Below are positions 12,732-27,700 of a stretch of 64,000 nt of DNA, in pieces. Positions within the stretch are counted from its first letter, which is position 1. The number at the start of each line of letters is the position of its first letter. The DNA is from Octopus bimaculoides. Lineage: Eukaryota. The notes below the pieces were generated by a model. It was not told where the DNA came from, made no database searches, and worked only from the letters and a program-made list of their open reading frames with translations. Made by a program: the position numbers and the translations under genes. The stretch lies in assembly GCF_001194135.2 (NCBI RefSeq), contig NC_068984.1, forward strand, positions 59,733,699 to 59,797,698. The letters are read 5' to 3'.

Positions 12732-15700
12732 CTATGTATGTAAGTATGCATGTATGTACATATATCTATAAATATATATAATCATAGTTTAGCATTCACT
12801 TTTTATTTATGTGTGTGTGTGTGTGTGTCCTTGTCTTGACATTGCCAATAATTGTTAACAAAACATTAGTCATACAAGGAGTAATTTTTTGTTTGAAAAC
12901 TGTGAAAACATGTCTAGACAGCTTGGAAGCAGATGAGTGTTGGTGACAAGAAGAGCATTCTACTACAGAAAATCTGTGTCAAGCATGGAAAAGTAGACCC
13001 TAAAATGATGATAATATATACAGTGACACCTTCTCATCTCCTTGTCATTCACTATTACTCAAGCCATTTATATAAAATAAGATGGTAAGGGACCTATCAG
13101 CGTTCAATCACTCTACCACACTCCTCATCACTCTGCCTCTCTTACTCATCATGAAGCTAATGTATAAAACAATGCATTGAACTTATTGTACTCCTTACAC
13201 TTAACCTTGACATTTTCTGTAGTGCTAGTTATTGCTCTCTCTCTGACCACAATTGCTGTTTCTACCATCATACTCTTGCTCTCTTCACCTACCCATCTTA
13301 ACTCATCTGTTCACTCTCTCTCCTCTATACATCTCTTTGGTCACATTCTGAAACATACAGGTCTTAGAGTGGTGAGTATTCTTTGCTCTCACAGTGTACA
13401 AGGCAATGCTTTTCAGGTTAACATCACAATAAAATGAACCCAGTACATGCTGTAAAATGGTTGGTGAATGAATTGCAAAAGCATAAGGTTAGGAGGATCT
13501 TTTAGTCATGTCTTAGTAAAGACATGACAGCTCTCTAATGCTGGTGTCATGATAAAATGCACCAAATACACTGATGTGATTAGTGATAGAAAGGGTATCT
13601 AACCATAGAAGCCAAGCCCAAAATCCTCCAACCTGTCTACAAAAGCAGTGGTCCCCAATAAGAACTGACTTGGATCATAATGATTTACCCAGCCCATACC
13701 AGCATGGAAAGCAACTATAAAGATGATGATGATGATGATGATATCTGTATCACTTTCAATTTCATTTTTCTTATTGGAATTATATTTTAATTCCTAGAAA
13801 CTCCTAACATTGAGGTTTGGCAAAACAATAGTAGTTGGTTATTTAGTGGAAAGAAAATAAATGTCGAAGTTGAATTTGTATTGAGTAAATAATGATTGTA
13901 TTCTCTCTCTAACATTTCCATTCTTACTCACCTTATATTATTTAACACTACACATACACTTGAACTTTTTTATTTCTAATGTTTAAATACCACATAGATA
14001 AATATTGATTTTTATCTTAGTGGCCTCATTTAGTTCTGGTTTCTCTTTGAAATATCAATCTAATGGGTTTAAAAAGTAGTTACTAAACTGAAATTATCTC
14101 CTTCCTCCTTTCTTCTTTAGATTTTCATTTAAAATTGTTGTTTCTAACTTTCATATAAGGCCACAAAATATATAGTTAATTGTATCAATTCTGGTACAAT
14201 ACTGGATTGAATGGATAAAAGGCAAAATAAACTGATGGGATTTGAACTTAGAATGGGAAAATGATGTAACAAAATGGTACAAAGCATTTAGTCAAGCACT
14301 TTACTATTTCACTTTCTTCCTTTTTGTGTGTGTGTGAAATAATGGCTTGCTACTTTATTGTTTAGTTAGTAGAAAAAGCAGTGCCCAAGAATCTCTACAA
14401 GGCCTCCAAGACTGGCAAGAAGCCAGGAAGATATCCCGGCCTGAATACTTCCAACATTAATGGATTCCACAAAAGGTAGTCAAGGAACAGGTGGTAGTGT
14501 TAAGCCAGGTGATGGGTTAACTCTACCACACAAGTAGGCCACAACAGGATTTGAACTCCAAGAGCAAAGCACTGGAACAAATACTGTTGGGCATCCAGTC
14601 CAATGTTTTAACAATTTCACCAACCCACCTTTCTAGACTAATACATTATCACCCCATGAAGGATGAAAGGTAATGTTGAGCTTGGCAGGATTTGCACTCA
14701 GAATGCAAGAAGCCAGACTAAATAACTCAAGTCATTTCACCTCATGTTTCAACTCTGCCAATTCACTTTACTTATCTAATAAGCCAATGTTGAAAAGGAT
14801 GGTTAAACCTGGTTATTATATCAGCTCCTTCTGACATGGCAACAAACTGGCAGAATTATTAGAGCATTAGAAAAGTGCTTTGCAGTATTTCTCCAGGCTC
14901 TTTATAGTCTGAGTTCAAACAACACTGTGATCAAATTCACATTTCTGGCATGATTAAAAAAAGTACCTGACAAATATTAGGGTTGATGTATTCCCTCCCT
15001 TCAAAATTGCTGGTTTTGTGTCTAAATTAGAAATTATATTCCTTCTGGTGATGCATATATGTACTTATTAATCTTGGAAAACAAAACAAGTTGATCTCAG
15101 TTGGATTTCAAAAGAAAACTAAGAAGATGATCGCAACAAAATACCAGAAGTAACTAGCCTAAATATATCTGTTGCAACTTTGTCTCAAAACACCTCTAAC
15201 AATAATGGTTTGATATTCTGCTAGAAAAATCAAGAAATTCATGCATCCATATCGAAAGTAATGTAAATTTCTATGGGTTTGACTTCCTGGCACAATGAAA
15301 GCAGATGAAAAGAACAGAGAATCATATTTAGGGAACAAATAACAAAAAAGAATTTAGATGCAAATAGATCAAAGATAAGTAATGTTTAGAGGGCACTAAC
15401 CAAATATCATTAACCTGACAAAGTAATCAAAATTGTAAAAATTACAGCCTTCAGAGGCAAACAAGAATAAATGATATGGAAAAGAAAGTACAGAAGCTTT
15501 CTCAGTATATATATATCAAAACAAGTAAAATTATAAATGACTCCAATACCCACAAGAGACTTAAGAGCAGATCATCATCTATGATTTATTACATAAAACG
15601 AGGTGGGGAAGATACAGCCATCATTGGATGCTAGTCTAATGAAAGCAAAGTTCCAGGATGATGTGATTTCTATTCATGACAGCTGTGTGAACTGAAGCAT

Positions 15701-17592
15701 ATAGAATTAAGTATGCTACTCAATTACACAGCACTATGCCTACAGTGGATATGAACCTATGTTCTATAAGTTGGTAATCTAATACCACCTTATCATCAAA
15801 CCAATGAAGTGGTAATTAAGAAGCTGGACCTGAGACCAATAGCAATAATTTCAGAAAAGGATAATTTTATCCAACATTTTGAGGTTGATCGTCAATAAAA
15901 TAGTGAACATTAACTGATACAATACATTAGCACAGGTATATTTTCCTTGTGCTACATAATTCAAATTCTGTCATCAGCTTCTTTACATTTCATTCTATCA
16001 AGATGTACAAAATAAATACTAATGAAACTGCAGCTTCTTTTGGATTAGGTATAAAGGCCCTATATATTTAGAAGAATGGAGAGTAAGATGCATGCATTTC
16101 CCAAGGGTGTTAGCAATATGAATGAAAGTAAATTAGCTTAAAGGAGGAATTGAAATTGTGTCACAATTTCAGCTTGAGGAGAGCTTACATCTTGTTCTTT
16201 GCCACAAGTACCAACAGTATAGATATTTTAACATAAGCACAAGATATCAGGTTTATTAGGGAAAAAATTACTTTAAGGGTCTCTTAAGTCTAATGAGATT
16301 TTAAGAGTTTGCGAAATTAATATTACTGATATCCAGTTTGAACATTTGCAGGCTAAGCCTGTAGATGATAGACCAAGGACCAGCTGATGGTATTAAGCTA
16401 GGTAATGAAAGAAACCTATCATTTGCTGTATATCTCCCAAGCAAAGACAATTAACTCTCAAAGGCTCAAATAGATGGTTAATAAAAGTAAAGTATTAGGT
16501 ATTAGTTAAATTTATGTAAATACTTTATTCTGGGATGATAAAAGTGCCACTTAAATGGCCAGTGATATGACTTATGTCAGATAACCTTCTTAGGTTTCAG
16601 TCAGTTCCAGCAATATTTAACCTTTTAGCTGTCATATTTCTGATGAGAAAGTTAATTTTGAAAATAATGAAGAATTCAATAAAATAACTTTGTCATAATT
16701 AAACTGGTGTTTAGAACATAAATTAATGTGAAATTTTGATAAAAGGCTTTAATTTAGATAATTTGAAACAGAAAATTTGTATCATAATACAAGTAGGCTG
16801 GAATCAAAAGAATTAACTTAATAACACCCTGTAGCCTTACTGACTAAAATGAAATATTCTTCCTGCTTGAAAAAAGTGGAATAAACAGAGGCCCCACAAT
16901 CAAAGCTGCATTTTTCACTTAGCAACATCATGTTACTAAAGGTTTGGCCATTGAACTGTGCTACATTCATGTAATAACATTTAATTCCCTCTAGGCATTT
17001 TTGTTTTTAATTGTACTTAGACTTAATGGGGTAAAAACATTTTTTTGTTTTTCTTCAAATTATGAAGTAAACATTCAGTGAACAGTGTCAATAATTGTAT
17101 ATTTATTTATAGGGTAAATTACGATTGTGATTATCAATTTCAGAAACACTTATGAAAAGTTCTATAAAAGATTGTTCCTGATAAAGACTAATAATGCATA
17201 TAATAAATCTCAGGAGGCACAGTCTACAAATTAACTGGCAAGCTAAAAACAGCAAGTGTAATTGGCAGGAGTAAAGTTAAACAGTATATAGAGTAGAATT
17301 ACAAGTGCAGTTTGTTCTGTCAAGCAGAATATTACTTTGGTAAGATTTCTCACAACAAACAAAACCACTGCCTGCTGAATTACATTCCTATATTATTGCA
17401 CTTCTTTAACCTAAACAATTTCTTTTCTCTATTATAAGGCTATTAAAAAGTTATTAAAATGTAGCAGTGGAGCATAATCCAGCTCACTCCTCTGGATAAA
17501 TTATTAAGCGCTGACTAGAATGCAATGGAATTCACAAAGGCTCTTCAGAAATTACTCAACAGCAGCAGTAATGACACAATACTCTTCAGTAC

Positions 17593-17689
17593 CTTAATAT
17601 AAAAGCCAATGAGTCAGTTGTCTGGTTATAGGAAAGTTTGTTGAGAATAATTAAAGTATTGTCCTGGAGAATTTCAGCTTTTTCTATAT
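17593..17689 (-). CDS. Candidate coding exon (IEKAEILQDNTLIILNKLSYNQTTDSLAFIL)
   Basis: Inside a 64-codon open frame; donor AAG|GTACTG; acceptor choice ambiguous. Phase-compatible with 20851-20928 and 9636-9686. Confidence 0.28.
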
Positions 17690-18846
17690 CTACACAGCAA
17701 TTCATGAAAAAAAAAAGACAATTCCACATTCTATAATTACTCTTTAATGTAGTTTCATTATCTGTATTAAGAAAACACATTCAATCTATGAAAAAGTTAC
17801 TTCCATGAAACTCTCACTACTTTAGTGGAGATAACCTTTCATGGATTTAATATTTATCACATCAGCAAACAAAGAAAAATTATACATAGAAAGGGCAGCC
17901 ATGTACAAACATACAGACATAGAAATATAACTTTCAAAGATGTTTATTATTTAGCCACCAGTTCAGACTTGACTGAGCAGATCTATGATGAAAAGTAGTC
18001 CAACAATCACCATAGTCTTTTCTTTTAAAGACAACAGAATGTAATTTGCCCCTTTCACATTCAGATTACTCTCAAATGTAATGCATATTTATACACTTAG
18101 TTTTTGATCAATCATGCATTATCTTATAGCTTCAAGATTTCAATGATGCGACTATTTTTAGAATGACACTATAGGGTAGCTGTGAGAAGCCAGATCTGGT
18201 TGGTTTGAATATAAAACAAGGAGAATATTTAGGGTTGAATATGGCCAGTTTAAATGCTAAAGGGGCTAAAATGGTTAATTACAGAATAGTCAGTCTTCAA
18301 CAACAGCATAAATTTGAACTGTATGTTTTTTTTTTTGGCTTTATCTAAAACATTTATTCTGATGTAAAGACAATTAAGAATACTTGAATTATAAATATAT
18401 AAAAAAAAAAGTCTTAGAGAGAACTACTTTGAATATTTGCTCTATATTTAAAATTAACCACTTCTTAAGAATAGATTGAAATTAATTACTGTTTTATAAT
18501 TGACTGTAATTTGCTTAAGTGATGTATCAGATAAAGCAGAAGTGAAGGCCACTAACATATTAAAAAAACTTAGCTTATTATATTTATTTTTTTGTTACTA
18601 CTGAATCAAAATATCTTTCATAAAAATGTAATTCAAGGCTTTAGGAAATCTATACAAATGTTTGAGATCTTTGAAAGAATGTGTTATAAATTTGTTACAC
18701 ACTAGTATAAATAATAAAACAAGGTAAGGGTTTTCTACATTACACTTGCTTGGCACAATCCTGTCACACTAGCTTCTGTCAAACTGTCCAACCCATGCCA
18801 GCATGGAAGGTAGATGTTGATGATAATGATATCTGTAGTTGTACAT

Positions 18847-19470
18847 CCAGGTTTCTAGAGAATTTAAACAGTGTCTGCAGAATAGCGGAAAGCTGTAAGA
18901 GTGATCTCATCTGTGTATGAAGCTAACCATATGTTTCAAGGCAGTGTGGGAAGGTCATGTACATACTGATTGAAAAGAGTAGGTGAGAGGACAGGCCCTT
19001 GTGGTACTCTATTCATGAAAAGGGAGTTTATAAGAGCATTGTTCTATATAAGCTTGGCAGCTTAACAGTTTGCTAGCCAGTATCATTTTGTGTTGTTTTT
19101 TGTTTTTTTTTAAGATGGTGCTGAATATTTTTCTGTTTGAGTGGATAGCAGGGAATGTAGTTGAAAGCATTATTGATATTGATGGAAATCAAAATGGTAT
19201 GTTCCAGAGGTTTTCTATTGTTGAAGTTATTGTGTATTTTCTATGTTAGGCTTGAAACCAGTGTGGTGATTGAGTATAGTTGTCTGAATCTGTGTTGCAA
19301 TTTAGAGAGGGGGAATGTATGGGATAGTGATGTTAAGAATCAGCCCTTCTACAATTTAGAGAATGTATTTGGAAGATGGATCTGAATATTTTTACTTCAC
19401 TTGGTTTTTGTTGGGCTTTAGAACTGTTATAATTTGCCAAGATGTCAGACTCTGGAAATTTGACAGTATT
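18847..19470 (-). mobile_element. Decayed non-LTR retrotransposon RT fragment (non-RTE; I/Jockey/CR1-like group)
   Basis: Minus strand, in the expected order: IITVLKPNK, SKIVEGLIL, RKPLEHTILISI, NAFNYIP, RVPQGPVLSPTLFNQYVHDLP, LASYTDE (YADD equivalent). Confidence 0.8.
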
Positions 19471-20850
19471 TGTATGAGTAGATGTAGATATTAGTAAGTT
19501 CAATGATTCCTTTAGGTTCTAGGTGCTTAAGAAGTTTGTTTCCAGCTACATGGTTCCATATTTAGTCCCACTGTGTGGCACATTGGGCAAGTGTCTTCTA
19601 CACCCCCAGGCCAACCAAAGCCTTGTGAGTGGATTTGGTAGATGGAAACTGAAAGAAGCCCATTATGTGTGTGTGTCCGTCCTTATCTTGACATTGTTTG
19701 ATATTTGTAAATGATTGTCTTTGTCATACAAGCAGTGTCATTCGTTTCTATTCTGCAAGAACATGTCTGACCATAAGGAAATATTACCTTGCTTGGAAAC
19801 GTGTGAGGGTTTGCAATAAGGAGAGCCATCTGGCTGTAGCAAATTTGCCTCAATAAACTCTATCCGAGGCATAGAAAAGTAAATGTCAAAATTTTAAGGA
19901 TGATGATGAGATTTTGGTTTTTTTTTCTTTACTTTCCTTCTGCTTTTTGAGTGTCTGATGATGAATGGAAAGTGGGGTGAATTGCTGCATGATGGGATGT
20001 GGGCCAGATGGCAAGAGAAACTACAACTAACAAGTTCAGAAGAGTAGCTGTTATTACAATAACAACAGAAGAGACAAAAATAGGAAACAGCAAATCTGTA
20101 GACAAGTGTTTCTAGAATGATGGTAAGTGAATCATTGTCAGTCGGTCAAATATAGACAATGTTCAGAAAATGGTGCCAACAATGATTAGAAGGCTCTTGA
20201 TCTATAATGAGTTCTCACATTTGAATAGATTTTTGTAAAGTATGTTTAAATGAAGTGACTCAATACATGCCTAGGATTTATTTTATCAATCCAAGTAAAA
20301 GAGAAACAAAATCGACTCTGGTGAGATTTAGTGTAGAAGGAAGGATAAAACTATACAGGACATTTAATTTATGTTAGTCCAGTAATATGTTTCTGCTATG
20401 TTACTGGCTTCCCCACTGGTTAATAGTATTGAACTACTCTAATACAATAGTCTGCCATTGCATGTGCTGCTGGGAGATATGGAGTTGAAAGAATAAAACA
20501 ATACAAAATTTAAAAAAAAATTTTTAATTTTCTTTTTATGAAATGTTCTAAGGATGTATTTGTAAGTCTGAACTATCTTGTGAAATCCACAGGTCCAAAG
20601 CTAATGTAAGGACTTAGTCAACACTGAGTTACTACAATGGTCATGAGGTTATGGTAGTGATTGGACTTCTGACATTTAGAGGGTTTTAAATTTGAATCAA
20701 GCTATACTAGGCTATTTATTATCACAGCTACTGTACTGTGCTTCAGCACAATAGTCTAATAAGAAAATATCCTTGATATTCATTGTTCAATCCTGTTTTC
20801 ACAAAATTGTTTTCCTTCTCAATGTTACAGAGCAAATAAATGGCACTCAC

Positions 20851-20928
20851 ATCTAGTAAAGAACAAAAAACACATATCACATAGTAAGCTTGAAAATGCA
20901 GCAGCTGGACAACTATGGAATGAAGTCA
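20851..20928 (-). CDS. Candidate coding exon (TSFHSCPAAAFSSLLCDMCFLFFTR)
   Basis: Acceptor ttttttttactAG, consensus donor GTGAGT, 78 nt open. Alternative acceptors and frames exist. Confidence 0.3.
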
Positions 20929-21759
20929 CTAGTAAAAAAAACTACATTAACATGAACATGATTCTTGTACACACTACAATAAAGACATCTTTGATAGAAT
21001 GGATGAAATTTAGCCAAGCCTCACTCAAATCAATGAATGCTTTCTCCAGTTATTTTCCTTGCCCTCACATTTACATATACACACTCATGTACAAATACAC
21101 ACACACACACAACTGTAGTTTTTATCTTATTATTTCATGAAATAAAAGCAGAAATAAAAGGAGCTTTGATGAAACAGAAATCAATATTTTGCCAGTTAAT
21201 AGTTTCCATCAATCTGGTAACTAAATTTTCATTCAGATACCAAAGACTATTCCCCCCACACTACAAACACCAACAGTAATAATAGCAGAAGTAGTAGTTT
21301 AAACAGGTCAGCAAAGAGTAGTTTGTTTTCAGCTGTCTCTAGCCTCCGTCATTTCATCTGCAAGACCATGAAAGTTTTCATTATTTCTACAATGAACATA
21401 TATTGATTGGTGGGACTAATAATTAATAATAATGATGACGATGTTTCTAATTTAGGCACAGGACCTGCTATTTTGAAGCCAGCAGGAGAATAACTAATTA
21501 CATTGTTCTCAGTACTTGACTGGTACTTCATTATATCGATCTCAGAAGAATGAAAGAATTGTTGAGCCTAGTACATTTTGAAGGGATACAATTAAATGCT
21601 GCAATGCATTTTGCCTGCCACTCTGCTAATTAATCTATCATCAAAATGATGATGATTATAATTTTTATTGGCTAAACAGTCCAAGACATTGAGGACAATA
21701 CAAGGATGAAAAGTAGAGTTTAGAGCAAAGAAAAAGATATCAAATAAAGCATAGGATAT

Positions 21760-21760
<1 letters not shown>

Positions 21761-21793
<33 letters not shown>
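21761..21793. repeat. (AAT)n microsatellite forming a SINE tail
   Basis: About 11 AAT units next to a family B copy. Confidence 0.9.
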
Positions 21794-21795
<2 letters not shown>

Positions 21796-22029
21796 CCTTT
21801 CTACTAGAGGCACAAGGCCTGAAATTTGGGGAAAGGAACAAGGCAATTACATTGACTCCAGTGTTTCACTGGTACTTAATTTATGGACCCCGAAAGGATG
21901 AAAGGAAAAGTTGATCTCAGTGGAATTTGAACTCAAAACATAAAGACGGACAAAATACCAGGAAGCATTTTGCCTGAGGTGCTAACGATTTTGTCACCTC
22001 ACCACCTTATAGTAATAATCCTTTCTGCA

Positions 22030-22194
22030 ATAGGTGCTGGCATTGCTATGTGTTAAGAAGGTTGCTTACCAGCCACATGGTTCTGGGTTCAGTCACCATT
22101 GTGTGCTATCTTGGACAAGTGTCTTCTACTATAGCTTCAGGCCAACCAAAGCCTTGTGAGAGGATTTTGTAGAGGGAAACTGAAAGAAGCCCAT

Positions 22195-22232
<38 letters not shown>

Positions 22233-22437
22233 TGTCCCCACCACCACCCACTACTTGATAACTGGTGTTGTTTTTTTTTACATCCTCTAACTTAGCAGTT
22301 CAGCAAAAGACTGACAGAATAAGTACTAGCCTTTAAAAGAAATAAGTACTGTGGTCAATACATTCAACTAAAAATTCTTCAAGGTGGTGCCCCAGCATGG
22401 CCACAGTCTAATAACTGAAACAAATAAAAGATAAAAG
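22030..22437 (+). mobile_element. tRNA-headed SINE-like element (family A)
   Basis: tRNA-like head (gcttaccagccacatggttctgggttcagtc), internal (TG)n, conserved tail aaggtggtgccccagcatggccacagtctaataactgaaac shared with the other full copies. Confidence 0.8.
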
Positions 22438-24329
22438 GTACAAGGTCTGAAATTTTAGGGAAGAGGACTAGTCACTTACATCGACCCCAGTACTTGTGCT
22501 TTATTGACTTGTGTTTTTAATTGAGGCACAAAGCTAGCAATTTTAGGGGGAAAAGGGGTTAGTCACATCAAATCTGGCACTTGATTGGTACTTCATTTTA
22601 TTGGTCTCAAAAGGATGAAAGGCAAAGTTGACTCTGGAGGTAGTTGAACTAAGAACAAATGTCACAAAGCATTTTTTACTAACTCTAACAATCCTGAGGC
22701 CAGAAATTTTAGGGGAAAAGAATACTTGATTCAGCTGACCCCAATACTTGAGAGATACCTTGAAAGTATGTAAGGCAAAGTCAACTTCAATGGGACTGAC
22801 TTTACCTTTCATTTAGAAATACTAATGATTTATTTTATAAAAGAGTAGCCAATTCTTCCACAAATCATACCCAAATATCTTGCAAAAGAGAAGGACATAT
22901 TCTAATGCAATTTTAGCAACACTAAAAAAGACAGGATGGTCCTGGTTGGAATACATTTCATCACAGGTTTCCAAAACAACAACAACAAACTCTGAGATTT
23001 TGATATGAAACTGAAATTTTCAAGAAGATGAAATATAGTTAGTAGCACTATATCTTAGGCAAGTATCTTCTACTTGTCATCACATGTTGACCAATACCTT
23101 GTCAGTGAATTTTAGTAAAAGAAAACTATACAGCTGCCTATAAATATGCAAGCCTAAAATAAAAAAACAAAAATACAAACAATCACAGGAATATGATGAA
23201 CCAATTTTGATTTTATCAATTCCTTTATATAAGAACTTCAATATGTAACCTTAACTGCATGGAGTGTATTCTGTGAAAATAAAATTGAAAATTTTCTTTT
23301 ACTAACCAATAATGATTCACAATATCTGCAAGAAAGAATCACTTGAGTCATTAAATAAACATCTCTTAAGAGACTGTGCATTTGTTTAACCTGCTAGGAA
23401 TCATACCCCACTGTCTTAAATGATACACTGGATGATATTGTCCTGGTCTGAGTTGACCAGAGGTTAAATAATGACTAAACAGCTTCATCCTTAAACACAG
23501 CAAGGGTGTGGTAGATAAAGTTAACATCTTCTCCACTGAAACTGAGAGAGGGGGAAGGAGGTGCAAACTAATTTGGCTACTGCCCCATCCTAATATCACG
23601 CAAGCAAGAAAGCAAATCCTTAACTACAGTATGAAACAAAAAGAAGCCAGGAGGCAGCAATAATTCTCACTGAAGTTTATTGATTAATCAGTCAGTCAAC
23701 CAGTTGGTTATTCCTTCCTCTGCCACACACAACACATTTACTCCTCTAAGGCACATTCTAAAGTTATTTATACAAGGAAGGAAGAAGCCAACCTGGCTCA
23801 CCACCCTTATTGCCACATGTTCTTTTGCATTATCTCTTCTATCACTTCTGGCAGCCATCTCTTCACTGCAGAACAGTTGTTGCGAGTGATGCATAACTTA
23901 AATATTGCTATGAAAGCTAACTCAATAAGGTACACAGGGTGATAAAAAATTAAAAAAATGATAAACAAACAGATAAATAAATAAGTAATAATAAAAGTAA
24001 AGATAGGGACTATAAGAATTTTAATACAAACACGCAAAAACACATGGATGCATGCTTGCATGGAAGGTGCTAGCTTTTTCTAAAACTACAAAGTTATCTG
24101 AATATCAAGGAACGTAAATCTCAAAAATGCTGTAGATTTATATATTTTAACATACATTAGTTGTGTAGATATTCTTTTACATCAAACGTGCATGTATGTT
24201 TTTTAAAACAGCTAAAGACAACAAAAAGCATTTTGTTCATTTGAAGGTACATCAGGGATTTATAAACAAGAGAAGTTAACAAGTATATATATATATATAT
24301 ATATATTAGAGAAAGAAATTTTTGTTAGC

Positions 24330-24720
24330 ATTAGTAGTGTGGATACCATCATCTTTCTTATACTCTACATTTGATTTCTCTTATGCCCAGTTCTTTTCTC
24401 AGCACATTTGTCCTATGTCTTCCACATACATTTACATTGCACATCCAATGGAGCATGTTCCTTCATTTCTTTCCAGTCTTCTCAAAACTCCCCACTTCAA
24501 AGCCTGTCTCTCACTATCATGCAACATTGCAATTCAAGTACAAGCATCATCCAATCTACTCTTCACTCTGCGGGAGAAGACCTTTGTTACCAAGAGTGAT
24601 AGTACCTCCCTGAATTTTCTCCAACTTATGCTTACTTTGGCTGTTATACTTTCAGAGCAACCACTTTCCTTGTTAATTACATCTCGTAGGTAGCAAAGCT
24701 ACTTCTAGTGAGCCACCTAT
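24330..24720 (-). mobile_element. RTE-type LINE fragment (post-RT region)
   Basis: Minus strand: LCYLRDVINKESGCSESITAKVSISWRKFREVLSLLVTK...NMLHWMCNV...LRKELGIREIKCRV. This continues into the sequence type seen at 59424. Confidence 0.8.
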
Positions 24721-27700
24721 GCACTTAAAATTTATTTCAGGGTGCTCATAGAACATACTGCTCCAGTGGATCTAGTTCCCTTAGTTTGACAGGTTCCACC
24801 TACATGTCTTGTGTGTCCATAGCTGACAATGGGTACATCATATGAAATTTATACCTACTCTTTTTTCTCGACATCAAGCAAGATACTAGGGTCCAAAGTG
24901 ATGAGTGTTTGCTATGACTTTTTATAACATTGTCAGGATGCTGATATAGAAGAGGAAGTTGGGTAGCAATAACTGGTACATGAAGGATATGAAGAATATG
25001 ATCCGAGAGGGGACACAGACAGTTACATAGGGTTGGAGGTTGAGGTTTTTTACTTCTCATAAAGAGAAGAAAGATTTCTAGTATAGGTGGTTGGGGCTGA
25101 TTCAACAGTTGCATTGTGAGCAAGCGAGTCCCAAATTTTCATGATTAAAAAGAACAGAAACATTAAAGAGGAGGAAAAAAGGGCAGTTTTAACATATTAG
25201 AACATAAAAGTAGTGAACGGATGTGATGAAATTAAAGATAGGGAAACAGAAATTTGGTGCTTATCTTAGCATGTTTTCAATTATTGTATAAATGGCTGTC
25301 TGGTAGGAATGGGTTGATCAAAGTAATATAAATCATAAAGCCCTATAGCATATATAAGAAGCCAGAAGGTAAGAGAGCAAGAGAAAAACCAAAGAAAGTG
25401 ACAGGGTGAGGGAACTTTTATTTACCTTCATGAGCAATGCCAATATAGAAAAATATATTGAAAAACAATTTAGCAAGCCCCAAACTTCCTTGAGGGAGAA
25501 GACATGTTAAAAAAACCATAGCCACATTAAAGATGAGGCAAAAAGGGCAGCTTTCACACATTGGAACATAAAGTAGTGAATGAATGTGATAAAATTAAAG
25601 ACAAGAAAACAGAATGTATGTGTGTGTGTGTAAAGACTGCCTTCTCTTTTCAAAGATTTCTTTCTTTTATATAGATTTCATTGAAAAGATCTGCATAGCT
25701 GTAAACTGAAAGAAAGTATTTTATGCATGAGATAACCTAAGAGTTATTGAAAACTAGCAATTTACTTAATTCTTTTCATTTATATATATTATTTTACATG
25801 CTTTTTTAAAATTTTACTACTTCTGTGTGCATGTGCATATGTATTCTGTCACATTCACCAATAATTGAAGTCGAGAAAAAAAGATGTAAAATGCAACAAG
25901 TAAATGATAAAGACAGGTTCCTGATGTCAGTTTAATACAATAAAGTATTCAACCTGTGAAAGCACTGATAATCAATAAATAAATTAAGAGCTATAACCCT
26001 TATTGTATCCACCTGGATGTTTTTTTAGCATTTTTTAAAAGACACATTCTGAAGGAGAAGGGAACTGACAGGAAACAAAAAAAGATAAATATCTAACCTA
26101 AAATTACAAAAAAAAAAAGAGAGAGAGAGGAAGAAAATAAAAAGGAAAAAGTAACATCAGTTCAAAAAGTACAGCAACTCTATAAAACCAATACCTCAAC
26201 AATTTTTCATTACAATGTTCACCATGAGCAGAAAGAAAAGTGAAAATTTGTGATGAAGGTTTTGTGAAATTCATTGAAGTACCATTGATGCTGAAGGCTT
26301 AAATAAGAAAAACAATTTTTTGCTTAAATCTTTGGCAATGTTTCTAATTTTTATTAAACCTTTAACTGCAAAATTAAATTTCATGGTTATTCCAATAATG
26401 ATGTTAAATATCTACCAAAAACCAGAATTGGTATTTTCAGCATCATATCACGCTGCTTCAATGAATTTGGTGTATCTCAATAGAAAATAGTTTCAAACAT
26501 GACATTCCTCAACAAAATACAGATTGGTATATAAAACTGCTTTCCACAGTTAAAGGTAATGCAATTTTGAGCAAATGTATCTGTTTTCTGCAGTAAAATG
26601 GTTAATTAGAAACCATGTAATAAAAACATCATCAGAAAAACTGACACCAACAATGAGAAAATATTTCACCACCAGCAAAATATGGAACCCTAAAGCCAGG
26701 GCTTAGGAGTTGATACATAAAGTCTTCCTCTCTGACTCATCCATCAGTGTATAGTATCTCTGATTTTGACTTCTACTCTGCTATTTGTAATTAAACTAAT
26801 CATATATTTCTTATACTGACTAAAAGCATGCAACATCCAGGAGCAATGTTAATCATCAGGTTACTTATTACCCTGATATCATTTTAAAGTTTGAATTTAA
26901 AGGGTTTTTTTTTTTCTCCCATTGTAGCTTTTTAATATTATTTTTAAAAAAGTCACGAACAGGAAGATAAGAGTTACAAAATAAAAAATGAGAATGCTTT
27001 TTATCAGAATGCCATAAAGTTAAAAAATATGAACATGAATGAATGAGGCTGTAAAAATACTATGAAAGAAAATCAGGAACATATTTGTTTACTGGTTTAA
27101 AAATCTTAACTGCAACAATGTTAAAACTAAAAGATTGAACATTTAAACCTTTAGCATTCAGATTACTCTGTCAAATGTAATGCTTATTCATTCACATTAT
27201 TTTGAAGTAATCATGCATCAATCCTATAGCTTTTGAAATTTCAACGATGTGACTTTCTTTTTAGAATGGAAGTGCAACAAGGTTGGTGCAAGAGACCAGA
27301 TCTAAGCAGTTTTAACATAAAACAGAATATTTCAGTTGGATGAAAGCAACTTTAAAAAATGACCATTTAAAAAGAAATAAACTCAGATACATAACACACT
27401 TGGAAATTAAAGCATTGTTTGAAAATAAAATTTAAGTAAATGTAACATGGAAAATTACATTAAGTAAAATAAATATCACATTGTAAAATATTAAAGCATC
27501 TATTCTTACAACATTTATTAAAGAAGCACTATATCTGTAAAATAGAGAATAAATAAGAAAAAATATAAATCCAAATTTATAAACATGGCTGCAGCTCTAA
27601 GCTGAAACTATAAAAAAAAAAAAAAATCTTGCTTTTAGAAACAGAATTGCTTCTAACAGATTCTCTTTTCAAGAAGTTGTTACAACTAATACAATTATTT

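Noticed and set aside
289-20928. Assigning the candidate gene as separase (ESPL1) from H-x-C-x2-C-x2-C and QTTD similarities
   Set aside because: Cysteine spacing differs from the separase H-x3-C-x-C-x2-C segment as I recall it; the similarity is too weak without an alignment.
26160-26760. Possible decayed hAT transposase
   Set aside because: Only vague peptide resemblance, and no TIR or TSD found.
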